From Ginglymostoma cirratum (Eukaryota): a stretch of 64,000 nucleotides of DNA. The position numbers and the translations under genes were made by a program. The notes under the pieces are model-generated. The model saw nothing but the letters and a program-made list of their open reading frames with translations, did no database searches and had not been told where the DNA came from. Where the stretch lies: assembly GCA_024137785.1 (NCBI GenBank), contig JAHRHZ010000019.1, positions 47,517,835 to 47,581,834 of the forward strand, written 5' to 3'. Below are positions 38,641 to 50,622 of the stretch, piece by piece (position 1 is the first letter of the stretch; each line of letters opens with the position of its first letter).

Positions 38641-40497
38641 TGGATGTAAAAGGAGAATCCTGTATTTATCTTTAAGCCTTATCTTTCCCAAAATACCGAA
38701 TGTAGAACCTAAGTAAACTGTTGCTCCACGGTGAAGCCTGATAGTCAGATTTTGCAACTGTAGTGTCATAGGCTATCACATTGAAGGAGAAGCTTCTATT
38801 TTAAATGACTGGCAAGTGTTACTAAATGTGGAAATAATTATCAATGGAACATTCATTGAACTTGTTGAAAATGTTTTGAATCATCAATGATCGACCGATT
38901 TTCATTATACACAGCCATAGTGTGAAAGAGAAGGATGTTCTCCTATGTTTCATAGTTCGTATGCAGTATACTTTTAAGAGACAAGTTTAGCATGTGACCT
39001 TGGAGTATAAGGATCTCAGCCTCCACCTTAAACTGGACGATTTGAAGTATGACACATTAATGAGAGTGTGTAATTCTTTGTAATGGAATAGCTTAATATT
39101 AGCACAGACACTGAAGTGGCCCACACTGTAATATTTATATGTATCAGGAGTTGTCCCAAATTTCTACTGAATCTTTCATTACCACTTTGACTAAACATAG
39201 TAGTTATGCTACAAGAACTAACTTAATTAACTTAAGTTACAAATAAAAACCAAAAGAACTGTGGATGCTGTAAATCAGGAACAGAAACAAAGTTGCTGGA
39301 AAAGCTTAGCAGGTCTGGCAGCGTCTTTGGAGGAGAAAACAGAGTTAACATTTCGGGTCCGGTGAACCTTCCTCAGAACTGATGGTGGCTGGGAAAACTT
39401 CAGTTTATATGCAGAAAATAGGGAGGTGGGTGGGGTAGGGAGTAACCGATAGGATAGAGCCCAAAGAAAGAGAAAGACAGTTGGACAGACAAAGGAGTTG
39501 CTAACAATCAGGCTGGGAGGGTGAATAGTTGTTAATGGGAACTATTAGTGACTAACAACAGGGGGTGTGTCATGGCAGGCTATGTGGTAACAAGGTCTGG
39601 TGTGTGGGTTGGGATCTGGGACATGGGAGAGTTTAGGCCCTAAAATTGTTGAACTCAATATTGAGTCTGGAGGGCTGTAGTGTCCCCAAGCGGAAAACAA
39701 GGTGTTGTTCCTCCAGCTTGCGTTGGGCTTCACTGGAACACCATAGCAAGCCAGAGACAGAGATGTTGGCCAGGGAGCAAGGTGGTGCATTGAAGTGGCA
39801 GGCAACAGGTAATTCAGGGTCTTTTTTGCGAGCAGAACGTAGATGTTCTGCGAAGCGGTTGCCAAGCCTACACTTCGTTTCCCCAATGTAGAGGAGACCC
39901 CATTGTGAGCAGCAAATGCAGTAGACTAGATTCTTGGAAGTGCAGGTGAAGTGTTGCTGGTGTTTCACTTTCGCCGGTTACAGGGGAAGGTGCCGTAGGG
40001 ATGTGGATAGGTGTTGGGGGTGATGGAAGTGTGGACCAGGGTGTCCCGGAGGGAACGGTCCCTGTGGAAGGCGGACAAGGAAGGGGAGGGGAATATGCGT
40101 CTGGTGGTGGCATCTTGCTGGAGGTGGCGGAGGTGGCGTCTGATGATCTTCTGGATGTGGATGCTGGTGGGATGGTAGGTGAGGATAAGGGGAACCCTAT
40201 CGCTGTTGTGGGAGGGAAGAGAAGGGGTGAGGGCGGAAGTGCGGGAGATGGGTCATACCTGGTTGAGGGCCCTGTCGACAACGGAGCTGGAGAATCCTTG
40301 GTTGAGGAAGAAGGTGGACATTTCGGAGGCTCCCTTCTCGAAGTTGGCCTCATCTGAACATATGTGACGGAGGTGGAGGAACTGAGAGAATGGGATGGAG
40401 TCTTTACAGGAAGTGAGATTCCAGTGAACACTTTACAGCCCAACGCAAGCTGGAGGAACAACACCTCGTTTTCCACGTGGGGACCATACAGACTCCT

Positions 40498-40820
40498 GGG
40501 CGGCACAGTGGCTCAGTGGTTAGCACTGCAGCGTCACAGCGCCAGGGTCCCGGGTTCGATTCTAGCCCCAGGTGACTGTCTGTGTGGAGTTTGCACATTC
40601 TCCCTGTGTCTGCGTGGGTTTCCTCCAGGTGCTCCGGTTTCCTCCCACAGTCCAAAGATGTGCAGGCTAGGTGGATTGGCCATGCTAAATTGCCCATAGT
40701 GTTCAGGGGTGTGTGGGTTAGAGGAGGATGGGTCTGGGTCTGGGTGGGATGTTCCAAGGGTTGGTGTGGACTTGTTGGGCCAAAGGGCCTGTTTCCACAC
40801 TGTAGGGATTCTGATTCTAA
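40498..40820 (+). mobile_element. HE1-type SINE nested in the PLE inverted arm
   Basis: GGGCGGCACAGTGGCTCAGTGGTTAGCACTGCAGCGTCACAGCGCCAGGGTCCCGGGTTCGATTC, the HE1 core and a GGGATTCT tail. Confidence 0.95.
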
Positions 40821-41092
40821 TTCAATATTGAGTTCAATAATTTTAGGGCCTAAACTCTCCCATGTCCCAGCCCCCCACCCCACACACCACACCTTGTTAC
40901 CACATAGCCTGCCACTACACACCCACTGTTGTTAGTCACTAATAGTCACCCTCCCAGCCAGACCGTTAGCAACTCCTTTGTCTGTCCAACTGTCTTTCTC
41001 TTTCTTTGGGCTCTATCCAATCGTTTACTCCCTACCCCACCCACCTCCCTATTTTCTGCATATAAACTGAAGTTTTCCCAGCCACCATCAGT

Positions 41093-41130
41093 TCTGAGGA
41101 AGGGTCACCAGACCCGAAACATTAACTCTG
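41093..41130 (+). ncRNA. Minimal hammerhead ribozyme motif in PLE pLTR
   Basis: AGTT-CTGAGGA-A-GGGTC-ACCA-GACCC-GAAAC-ATT-AACT: core boxes, a 5-bp stem II and a stem I of AGTT/AACT. GTT>ATT is probably CpG decay. Confidence 0.6.
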
Positions 41131-41571
41131 TTTTCTCCTTCACAGATGTTGCCATACCTGCTGAGCTTTTCCAGCAACTTTGTTTTTGTTCTTAAGTTAC
41201 AAATACCCTGATGTAGGCAAAGCTCACATTAAGGTGACAGTTCAAGGGAAACCTGTAAAAGCGCAGGAGTTAGTGGAGTTGAATGATTCTGAAACAAAAC
41301 TATCAGCGCACCAGCAAAGTGACATGAGATTGCTTTATGGAACTAAATACCATAAAATTTAAAAAACACAGCTCCTCAACTATACTGTTTAATTAAAGTG
41401 AGAACTCTCAATTTTGCAATCAGTTTTTGAACCACAGTTGTAATCAAGGACTGACAGTGAAGTTCACAACAGGGAAACACAGCTGTATGTAGTCTAATAA
41501 TAACCTCTTGTATATGGTGCTTATTTTTTGTCTTGTGTTGAACTTATCTGTTTCTTGAAAATATCACCAAG

Positions 41572-41687
41572 TTCCACAGGTGGATCCCAGAGAGTTACTA
41601 ACTCCTCCAAAGAATCATCGGGAATACATATCTTTCATTCACCAATATGATGCAAGGAAGTGTCCAAATGAACCCATCAGAGGCAAG
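41572..41687 (+). CDS. C2orf73: C2orf73 coding exon C
   Basis: ccaAG acceptor and AAG|GTAAGA donor, phase 1 to 0. (V)[38 protein letters not shown] is nearly identical to human [22 protein letters not shown]. Confidence 0.93.
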
Positions 41688-42525
41688 GTAAGACAAGATT
41701 AATAGCTGTAAGGTCTATGTGCACAACTGCGCATAAAGTATTATGTGACTAATTACTGAATTCGTATCAAAGGCAATTCATGGGCTGTGAACTTCAAATG
41801 TGCTTGAAGGGACTTGTTCAGTGGCTAAGTGGGTTGTCACACAGTCTGGTGTGGAATTAAGCCATAAAGTTCTGAAAGGTCCTGAATTAAATACTCAAGC
41901 TGGTTATAACAAGCATATCATGGCCAATGTGAGCAAAGGAGCAGAATGTGGAAGTGAAAGCCAAGAATAAGTAAGGAAAGAGTAAGAATTGGTGGGGAGG
42001 CAGTCAACCTTTATGTCCTTATTGCTGTAAACTTAAGGTCAAATTGAAAATATTAAGAATTTATACTCTGAGAAACATAGAATTCCACAGTTTGACCTAT
42101 GGCTATGTTATTGACTGCTCTATTAGACTCCATCAAAACATCACTTCCTTATTCATGGATTTGGTTTCTTTCTCTAAAACTGAATACATAATAACATTCT
42201 TGTTAGACAAAGGGTTTGTACTTAGTATATTGAATAATATGAATATTCTTGATCCTGTTTTTCAAGAGTATTAGAACTGTTACTGACACTGTACTCATGT
42301 TTTAAACCTTTTCAACTGAACTCAAAGCAATTAATGTATTCTAGTGAGGTAGCTAAGTGTAAGAGCAACAACATCATGATAAGTTTATCTAATTTTATAC
42401 AAGGCTATCATTACAGCACGTTCAGTTTTAGGATTACCATTTGGAAGTAGTCAGTGCCGTTAGAGACAGTCACTGTAGATTACCAAGATATTGCTAGGCT
42501 TAAGAAATGATTCTTAGGACAAGAG

Positions 42526-44535
42526 AACATAGAAAATAAGAACAGAAGAATGCCATTTTTGATCATGGCTTCTCTGCTTGTGGTTTTGACTGCACTTTCC
42601 AGCCTAGTCCCATATTCCTTGACGCCCTTGTCAATCAAAAAGCTGTGTCACTCAGTCCTAATGTAGCTAATAACCACTGTTCACTGGGGAAGAGAATTCC
42701 AGCTATAAATGGCCTCTGAGATTAGAAATCCTTCCTCATCTCTGTCTTAAATGGGAGATTTGTTATTTTTAAATTGTGACCCATAGTTCTAGATTTGCTC
42801 AAAAGAGGAAATAATGGGCAGAATTTTCTGCTGTCTCTGGTAGTGAGTTTGGAGACAGTAGAATAGAATAGATTAGAATAGCAGTTTAATGTCATGTGTA
42901 TTTTTACAAAAAAATTAGCAGTTTTATAAGTTGTCATACCATGGTGACTGTATTAGTGACAGAGGTCTTAGATAAGAAGAAAAAAGTAAAAATTGAGACA
43001 GAATTCATCTAAGATCAATTTCAGTTCGGGAAAAGTTGATTAAAATGATGAATGCTGGAATACCCAGAAGCCACTGCTGAAGAAAGCACATCTAATTAGG
43101 CAAGATGATGGCATACCGGAGTCCTGCCTTTTCCAGAAATATGAATGAATGGCCCATGGCCAACCTCCTACCCTGCAGCCAGTCACAGCTGATAAATCAA
43201 TTAATAACCACCTAAGGACAGTCTCAGCCTGCCACCACAACCATACAGTGTGCGCAAAAGCTGCAACTATGTTGTTAGCTTTTAATATTCCAGCATGTGT
43301 GGGGTCCCTTGATCAAAGGCACTCAGTGCCTCATTGAAAGACTTAACTTTGATAAGGTGAAAGAGATACAGTGAAAACTGTATTCACAGACTCCACCCCC
43401 AAAACTCCTCCCAACATTACTTCTGGTCTGGGTCATTCTTTGATCCTCGAACTTTGATATCTGTCATACCAGCAGCAGTCACTGCCTCCCCTTTGGGACT
43501 GTTGAGTGTGAGAACTGATTGGTGGGTGAGATTTCTGCCCCTGGGGTCTTGATTCCAAAGAAAGGTGTGTTGCTAGCCTAATTGGCTTGTAATCACTGGG
43601 CTTTCCAAAAAAGAGGCCATACATGTCTCTCACTGACTCTCAATCTGCCAGCGGAGAGGACCATTGCCTTAACAAGAATCTGTCCATTCTCTCAGATATT
43701 ACAGTGTCGAGTTTCAATAACATCATCTCTCACCTCAACGAGAGTGGATCCAATATTCTCCATGTTTCCTAATAGAAAACTTCTTCCCTACAAGAATCAG
43801 CTTGGTGAACCTTTGCCAAAATGCTTCTAATACTAGTATGTCCCTCCTTAAATAAGGTGACCAAAACAATATGTGTTGGTATATGTGTGGTTTCACCAAT
43901 GCCTGTACAGCATAGACTGATCTTCCAACTTTTATACTTCATCCCCTTTGCAATAAAGGCAAACATTCTACATGCTTTCCCTCTATACTTGAATGCTGAC
44001 CTCTTGTGATTCATGTACAAATACACCCAGATCCCTCTGTGCTATAGTATTCCGCAGTCTCACTCCAAGTGTTTTGCTTTTTCTATTCTTCCTATCTAAG
44101 TGAACAACCTCATATTTTCTCATATTATGCTTCATTCATTTTTTGTACACTTATTTAACCCATCAACATTCTTTTGCAAACTTTTATTATTCTCCTCACA
44201 ACTTGCTTTCCTACCTATTTTTGTATTATCTGCAAATATTGTTCAATAAAGTTGGCCCCTTCTTCTGGCAAATTGTAAATAGTTGAGGGCACAGCACTGA
44301 TCCTGCGGCATTCCACTAATTACAGTTTACCATTTTGAAAATGGTTCATTTATTTTGATTATCTGCTCCTTGCTAGTCAGCTAATCCTCTATTTACATTA
44401 ATATAGCATTTCCAACACCATGAGCTCTTATCTTGTGCAGTAACATTTTATGTGGTATCTCTTATCAAACACTTTTTGCAAAGCAAAATACATTATGTAT
44501 ACTAGTTCCCCATTTTCCCACCTACTTGTTACACC
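42526..44535 (-). mobile_element. Decayed CR1 3' half with inserted non-autonomous repeats (about 42816-43700)
   Basis: RTMGHNLKITNLPFKTEMRKDF and ACRMFAFIAKGMKYKS. The inserted segment has GGGCAGAATTTTC / GAGATTTCTGCCC inverted ends. Confidence 0.75.
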
Positions 44536-45150
44536 CAATTTTACTTCCCTGACCTGCAAAGTGTGGGTTCATCAGAAGATCACAGGGAACTTTCAGTCCA
44601 GGATTCTCCCACATGTAGTGGGCTGCCAATCCTGAGAGGGATTTTGGTGGCAGGGGAGTGGTGGCAGCAGTGAGTGAGGTTGGAAGGCTAATGGTCCCAG
44701 GGGGCTATAAGCCTCAGGGAGGATGGTTGGTCTTGGCAGGGGCAGAAGGAATGGAGGTTGGTGGGATGCCTTGGAGAAGGGGGAAACAGAGGGTTGCTGC
44801 TGGAGGTGGGAGGCCTCGTGACAAGGGAGATTAGAGTCTGGTAGCGGGATGAGAGGCTTTTGAGGAAAGGAAGTTATAGGTGGGAGGGGCTGCCTTTCAC
44901 AGAGGCTGCAGGCAGGCGCCTGGAACTAAAAGGCAAAAATATTTAGTTCCTGAGTCCACCATTCTCATCTCAATAAAGCTGATGGCTTTCATAAGATGGG
45001 AAAAGCCAACTGACCAGAGTTAAACTTGAATGGATGTGAGGCTGACAGTCTCCTTTGCAAATTTAGAGTTCTAACCCACATCCTCGGAGTACGTTTGGGT
45101 CAGGAAACAGGTTTTTTTTTCAGATTTGGCACCTTTCTCATTAAACAACT

Positions 45151-46712
45151 CATTGGAGGAGGAGGCTCCATAAGCATCCCATCCTGAGCGCTGGGGGAGC
45201 CCAGCACATCAGTTCAAAAATTAAAGCTGAAGCATTCACAACAAAAACTACAGCCAGAAGTGCTGAGTGGATGATCTATTTTGGCCTCCTTCAGAGGTTC
45301 TCAGCATGACAGATGTAAGTCTTCAGCCAATTCACTGCAAAGGCAATAGACCCTGACAACATTCCTGCGATAGTATGAACATGTGCTCCAGAACTTGCTG
45401 CACACCTAGCTGAGCTGTTTCAATACAGCTACAACACTGACATTTATCCAACCATGTAGAAAATTATCCAGGCATGATTTGTACATTACAAACAGGACAA
45501 ATCCAACCCAGTCAATTACTGCCCCATCAGTCTACTCTTCATCATCAGTGAAGTGACAGGAGGTGTTTTCAAAAGTACTATCAAGAAGCACTTGCTTAGC
45601 AATACCCTACTCACTAATGCTCTGTTTGGGTTCCACCATGGCCACTTAAAGACTCATTACAGGCTTTGACCAAACATGGACAAAAAAGCTAAATTCAAGA
45701 GATGAGGTGAGAGTGACTGCCCTTGACATCAAGGCCGCATTTGATGGACTGTGACATGAAGGATCCCTCACAAAAGCGGAGTTAATAGGAATCAGAAGGA
45801 AAATTCTCTGCTGACACAAAGAAAATGGCTGTGGTAATTGGAAGAGGTCAATCATCTCAGCTCTAGTACATATTTGTAGGAGTTCCTCAGGGAATTGTCC
45901 TTGGCCCAACCATCTTCAGCTGCTTCAACAATGACCTTCACTACATCATTAGGTCAGAAATGGGAATGTTCGCTGATGACTGCTCAATGTTCAGCACCAT
46001 TGGCAATTCCTCAGATATTGAGCAAGTCTGTGGCCAGATGCAGCAAGATCTGGACAATATCCAGGTTTGGGCTGACACGTGTCAAATGATATTCCTACTA
46101 CACAAATGCCAGGTTATCATCTTCTCTCACAAGAGAGAATCTAACTATCGCCCCATGACATTCAACAGCATCACCATCACTGAATCCCTCACTATCCTCC
46201 ACTGTCGGTTACCATTGACCAGAAACTGAACTGGTCTAGTCATATTAATAAAGTGGCTACAAGAACAGGTCTGATTCTAGGAATCTTGCAGCGAGTAACT
46301 CACCTCCTGAATCCCCAAAGCTTGTCCACCATCAGGAATGTGATGGTATACACCACACTTAACCTGGATGAGTGCAGCTCCAACTACGCTCAAGAAGCTT
46401 GACACTATCCAGTAATAGCAGCAGGCTTGATTGGCACCACATCCACTCCCTCCATCACTGAAGCTCAGGAGCAGCTGTATGTATCATTTACAAGATACAG
46501 GACAGTAAACAGCATCTTCCAAAACCATGACGGTAAAATCATCACCTGTAAGTTCCCTCTGAGCCACTCACCATCCTAACTTGGAAGTATATCACTGTTC
46601 CTTCAGTGTCCTGGAATTCCCTCTGTAAAAGCCACCTTCTAAAAGGCAACTAGGGGCATGCAATAAATGCTGGCCCAGCCAATGATGACCATGACCCGTG
46701 AATGAATTTTTA
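45151..46712 (+). mobile_element. Second CR1-clade LINE family, RT and 3' end
   Basis: ALDIKAAFDGL, GVPQG..LGPTIFSCFNNDL and GMFADDCSMF, with tail GCAATAAATGCTGGCCCAGCC...GTGAATGAAT. Confidence 0.9.
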
Positions 46713-47329
46713 AAAAGTCATAAAAACAAGTTCAGTCATACAATTCTGAAGTCATTTGACTCTTAGGGGAGGGAGGGCAAATCAGAAAACCAGTCAGTCT
46801 CAGGTACCTCCTAGTTGTAGTCGAAGACTTGCAAGAGCAGCCTCTTCATCCTTCTAATAAATGTATTTGATTGCTGCTTGCGTGAAATGCCCTAGAAGAA
46901 AAAAAGTTATCAAAATTCAGCTCTAAATCTGTCAATCGACAATATAATCAATGTGTTACTGTATCTGTTCAAGACATGAAATAATTGGGATCAAGCACAA
47001 CAGTGTAATATTCTAGTCACATGCATTTGAGTAATAAATAGTAAATGGATTCAAATTGTAACAGAATAAGAGTCTTATTCTTTTAGTTGTTTCTGAGCCA
47101 AAATCTTAATACTTAACTTTCCATTGTTGTTTAGTTTCATGAATAAATTGCGCTGACAGAATATCCATTATCTGCTGCCTGTAGATAACTGAGCTACAGC
47201 TGATGGCCAGTGGAGTGGAAGAAGCAAGTCAGTGCCAGCACTTGAGCTAATAAATGAACTCAGCCCACAGCTGTATCCAGTAGATGCTTATGTTCCGCTT
47301 GTTAAAGCTGAATTTGTTTCCTTTTCTAG

Positions 47330-47482
47330 CGTCGTGGAGCCTTTGTGTGCACACAGATAAACTCACAGAGTGGAAAGATAGCTCCCAGAGGAGAAAAGGC
47401 ATTCCTGGTTACTGAAGGGTCACATTCATTGGAACAGTTAAAAGAAGAAAAGGGAAATATGGGGGAAGACATTTTGGCCTAA
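47330..47482 (+). CDS. C2orf73: C2orf73 last coding exon up to the first in-frame stop (TAA 47480-47482); the homologous frame continues to TAG at 47686
   Basis: tttccttttctAG acceptor, phase 0. RRGAFVCTQINSQSGKIAPRGEKAFLVTEGSHSLEQLKEEKGN matches human [44 protein letters not shown]. Confidence 0.88.
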   Translation, partial: RRGAFVCTQINSQSGKIAPRGEKAFLVTEGSHSLEQLKEEKGNMGEDILA

Positions 47483-48639
47483 CCCAAGCCCAGCTCAGTG
47501 AATTTTCAACAGATGCTGTGTTCTGGAACTTGCTTATCAAAACCAGACCCTGAGGAAGCAGCCAAGGCATATCCCAGAATTCCTAATGAAGGACAAAACA
47601 GCTTATGGTCACAGACACATGAAGTACACGGTGGACTCAGTGAACAACAGCAAGTTGCTCTGGATCTTACATCAGCAACAAAATAGAAATGTAGCCATGT
47701 TAGTACAGCTGTTAGCATACCATAATGTCTATCACTTCCAAGGGAGCTTTGTGTCTCAAACTAATCATTAACATGTTACAATCAGCAACAACAACATTAA
47801 ACAAAAACTGGCAGCAGTCAACCCTTTAAAAAGTATATAGCTTTTTAAAAATAGCATAGTTATTCAACAGTTTAATGTTCTTAATCATCATCATTGTACA
47901 AAATAGTTTCCTGCACAATATATGTATGACCTGTTTAATTTTGCTTTAACTTTACTGTTGGAGTACCATGTTACTGTGTGGCAGTATGAGCTTGCTACTG
48001 TGGCTATTTAAGCATTGTTGCCAGCTACAGCTTTGCTTATGGCCCTGTGCTGCGCAGTGTAGAAACTGCATTTTATCAGCAGTACAAAGCAGTCAAAAAT
48101 ACTGGCTTAAATTTAAATTAACTTTTTTCATTATTCTTGCATACACTGTCAATGCTGCAATATTCTTTCCTGACTAGCAACAGACCAGCCATGGAGGATA
48201 TCTGTAACTCTGACTTATGCATTACATCCTTAGGTGATAATGTAAAAAGTTACAATCACAAATGTGAAGTAGTATTGGAAGGTTAAGATATTAAAGGCAG
48301 GAATTAATTAATGATTTTTAACATTAGATACTCTAATTCCACATGTTGTACATCAGCAGCGTTCAATTAAATAATGCAGAGTTCCTTTTGTGGCTAGAAT
48401 TGCAGACTCTTTTTCTTAAACTATCAACTTCGATTTAAACACACCTTTTTGAAATTAGCATATGAGGCTCTCACACATTTCCTTAAATGTTGGGTCCAAT
48501 GAAGTCATTTGTGATCTAAATATTAAATGTTTTGGGTTGAGTTATGGAGCTCACCAATATCAGTTTGTAAATTTGAAATCAGTCTTTGGAAAATAAAGTA
48601 AATATGGAATTAAATGTTTCTATTCACAATTGTGACTGT

Positions 48640-49080
48640 GTAGCTACTTATTATGACAAAACCAGTGGTTCACTAATGTCCTTCAAGTAAGGAAACTTGT
48701 GAACATACCCAATTTGACCTACATGCAACTACTGACACAAAGCAATGGGGTTCTCTCTTATGTGGCCCCTAAAATGATTGAGCAAGCCTCTCAGTTTTCA
48801 TTTTGCTTCAACGAATAATAATAAAAATAAAATTGGGTGATCCAAACAACGTCAGCATGGACATTGGATTCAAATACAACTAAGTTTGGGCAAACCTGCA
48901 AAGTTTTCCAGAATAAAGCTCGGCACATGTACCAAAGTTATTAGATTTGGAATGCAGCTAACAACATTGTGTGGAAATTCAAGAAGGTGGCATACCATCA
49001 CCTTCTCAAAGGTAACAAGGAATGGGCAATAAATGCTGGCCCAGTCGGCGACATCCACATCTATGGAGAATAAATTTTTT
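48640..49080 (+). mobile_element. Internally deleted copy of the second LINE family (SINE-like leader, start of APE, then tail)
   Basis: ggttcactaatgtccttc..ggaaa core, then gagcaagcctctcagtt and cctgcaaag, then a jump to caccttctcaaaggtaacaaggaatgggcaataaatgctggcccag. Confidence 0.65.
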
Positions 49081-49318
49081 CATGTTATATGCCATTTCTG
49101 GAATCAAAGAACAGGTTTCTTCTATGCTCGTTGCTTCCTACTGGAGTGATGAGGGAAAAATTCAGCTTCAGTGGGCACATTAAATGGTGGAATAGTGAAT
49201 AGCAGTTTGCTTTGTGCCTGATCAGATTTACTTTGTATAAAAAGCAAAACCAGGATATGCAATAGTATGTGCGCATATTCCATTCACTCACCAATACTCA
49301 GAAAAGCTAGAAAGGCTG

Positions 49319-49558
49319 AGACAAAAACAGAAATTACTGGAGAAGCTCAGCAGATTCGGAGCATCTGTGAAGAGAAAACAGACTGAATGTTTTGAGATCA
49401 GTGCCCCTTCAGAATTGTTTTAGTTCAGTTCTGAAGAAGGGTCACTGGACTCGAATTATTAACTGTTTTCTCCACAGATGCTGCCAGTCCTGCTGAGTTT
49501 CTCCAGCAGTTTCTGTTTTGGTTTAAGATCTCCAGCATCCACCATTCTTTGCTTCATT
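49319..49558. mobile_element. Short Penelope-derived hairpin element
   Basis: Inverted arms (aaaacagaaattactggagaagctcagcag / ctgctgagtttctccagcagtttctgtttt). The 12-bp TSD ctaga(a/t)aggctg lies at 49307-49318 and 49559-49570. Decayed CTGAAGA core. Confidence 0.8.
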
Positions 49559-49623
49559 CTAGATAGGCTGGGTTATTTTCCTTAGAACAGAGAAGGCTGA
49601 GGTGGGACCTGACTGAAGTGTAC

Positions 49624-50391
49624 TGTGATCAAGTGGCCACGGGCCCAAATGTGGACATTCTGAATTGATCCACAGCTGGGGAAATCAGGCTTGACAGAAA
49701 ATCGGCCAAACTAAATTAAACAGCAGTGAGCAGCTATCAGCAACAGAGAACAAGATCACAGAGGTTGCAGAGATTCAAGGGGAACAAGTTACAACCAGGC
49801 CGAGGGTTGGAGAATTATCGACCAGATGTCCTAATCTTGACTGCCTGAGTATGTAAAGTTAACACTTCCTGGTGCAGCAACAGTGAAGGGTGTTAGTGCA
49901 AACCCATTGGATGATTTAAACCCAGCTCATGATCCCATTGGCCAAAGGCAACAAAGAATTCTCGAAGGTCCGGGCCAAGGGGGGATAAAAATGCACATAT
50001 CCAGAAGCCAGCCACTCAGTGAAGATTTGCAGGGAATACTCACAGCAAGACTTGTGGCAGAAGACCCAGGAGAAGATCCATCCTGACCTGCAAGACCCGC
50101 CTTTGTGAAAGAGAGCCAGCTCTACATGGCAGAGGAAGAAGATTTCAACAGCCAAGCTCAAACACATGAATGATTGCAGGTATTATATTCTTTATCAGAC
50201 AGACAGAGCTAAATAGAGAGTAACTACTGTGGGAATTTGGGAAATGCTGACATAGTGTTTTTAATAATGAATATTTTGTCCCAACAATCTAGTTGAATCA
50301 TGAATCAAATTCTGAATCCTCACGATCAAGAGTGCTTGGTAAAGTGTTCTTAGTGCATAAACCCATTGGCATGTCCAAAGCACAGACAACA
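49624..50391 (+). repeat. 5' LTR
   Basis: Starts TGTGATCAAG and ends CCAAAGCACAGACAACA. Colinear with 58820-59597 (e.g. ggccaaactaaattaaacagca, ccagccactcagtgaaga). Confidence 0.9.
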
Positions 50392-50392
50392 T

Positions 50393-50410
50393 CAGCTTCC
50401 CTGGGTAGCT
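50393..50410 (+). promoter_or_regulatory. Degenerate primer-binding site, tRNA-Asn-like
   Basis: CAGCTTCCCTGGGTAGCT versus TGGCGTCCCTGGGTGGGC (complement of the vertebrate tRNA-Asn 3' end): 12/18 with an exact TCCCTGGGT, 1 nt after the LTR. Confidence 0.6.
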
Positions 50411-50622
50411 TTGATTAAAATTGTTTGTTTAACTTCCAAAGTTGAATCCCACTAACCTTGAGCTCTTGGACATCTAGCTTGAACCTAAATTAAGGGAGCA
50501 GCTGTCCCAAGTGATGGCTTAGATTCTAGTGGGTGAAAGAATGTGAAGGTTTATGACCAGTGATTCGGCCATAAGCCAAGTGTTGTAACATGAGAAAGAC
50601 AAACAAGCAGATTTATTTCAGG

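Larger units (their letters stand above)
39246..41190 (-). mobile_element. Penelope-like element (RT C-terminus plus GIY-YIG) with inverted terminal copy and 15-bp TSD
   Basis: Minus ORF NLVYCICCSQWGLLYIGETKCRLGNRFAEHLRS...PVACHFN (GIY-YIG). 39280-39740 is the inverse of about 40420-41190. CTTAAGTTACAAATA is duplicated at 39231-39245 and 41191-41205. Confidence 0.93.

Noticed and set aside
40498-40575. tRNA-like A/B boxes as real tRNA genes (also in other SINE heads)
   Set aside because: They continue into SINE core and tail sequence, so they are SINE heads and not tRNA genes.
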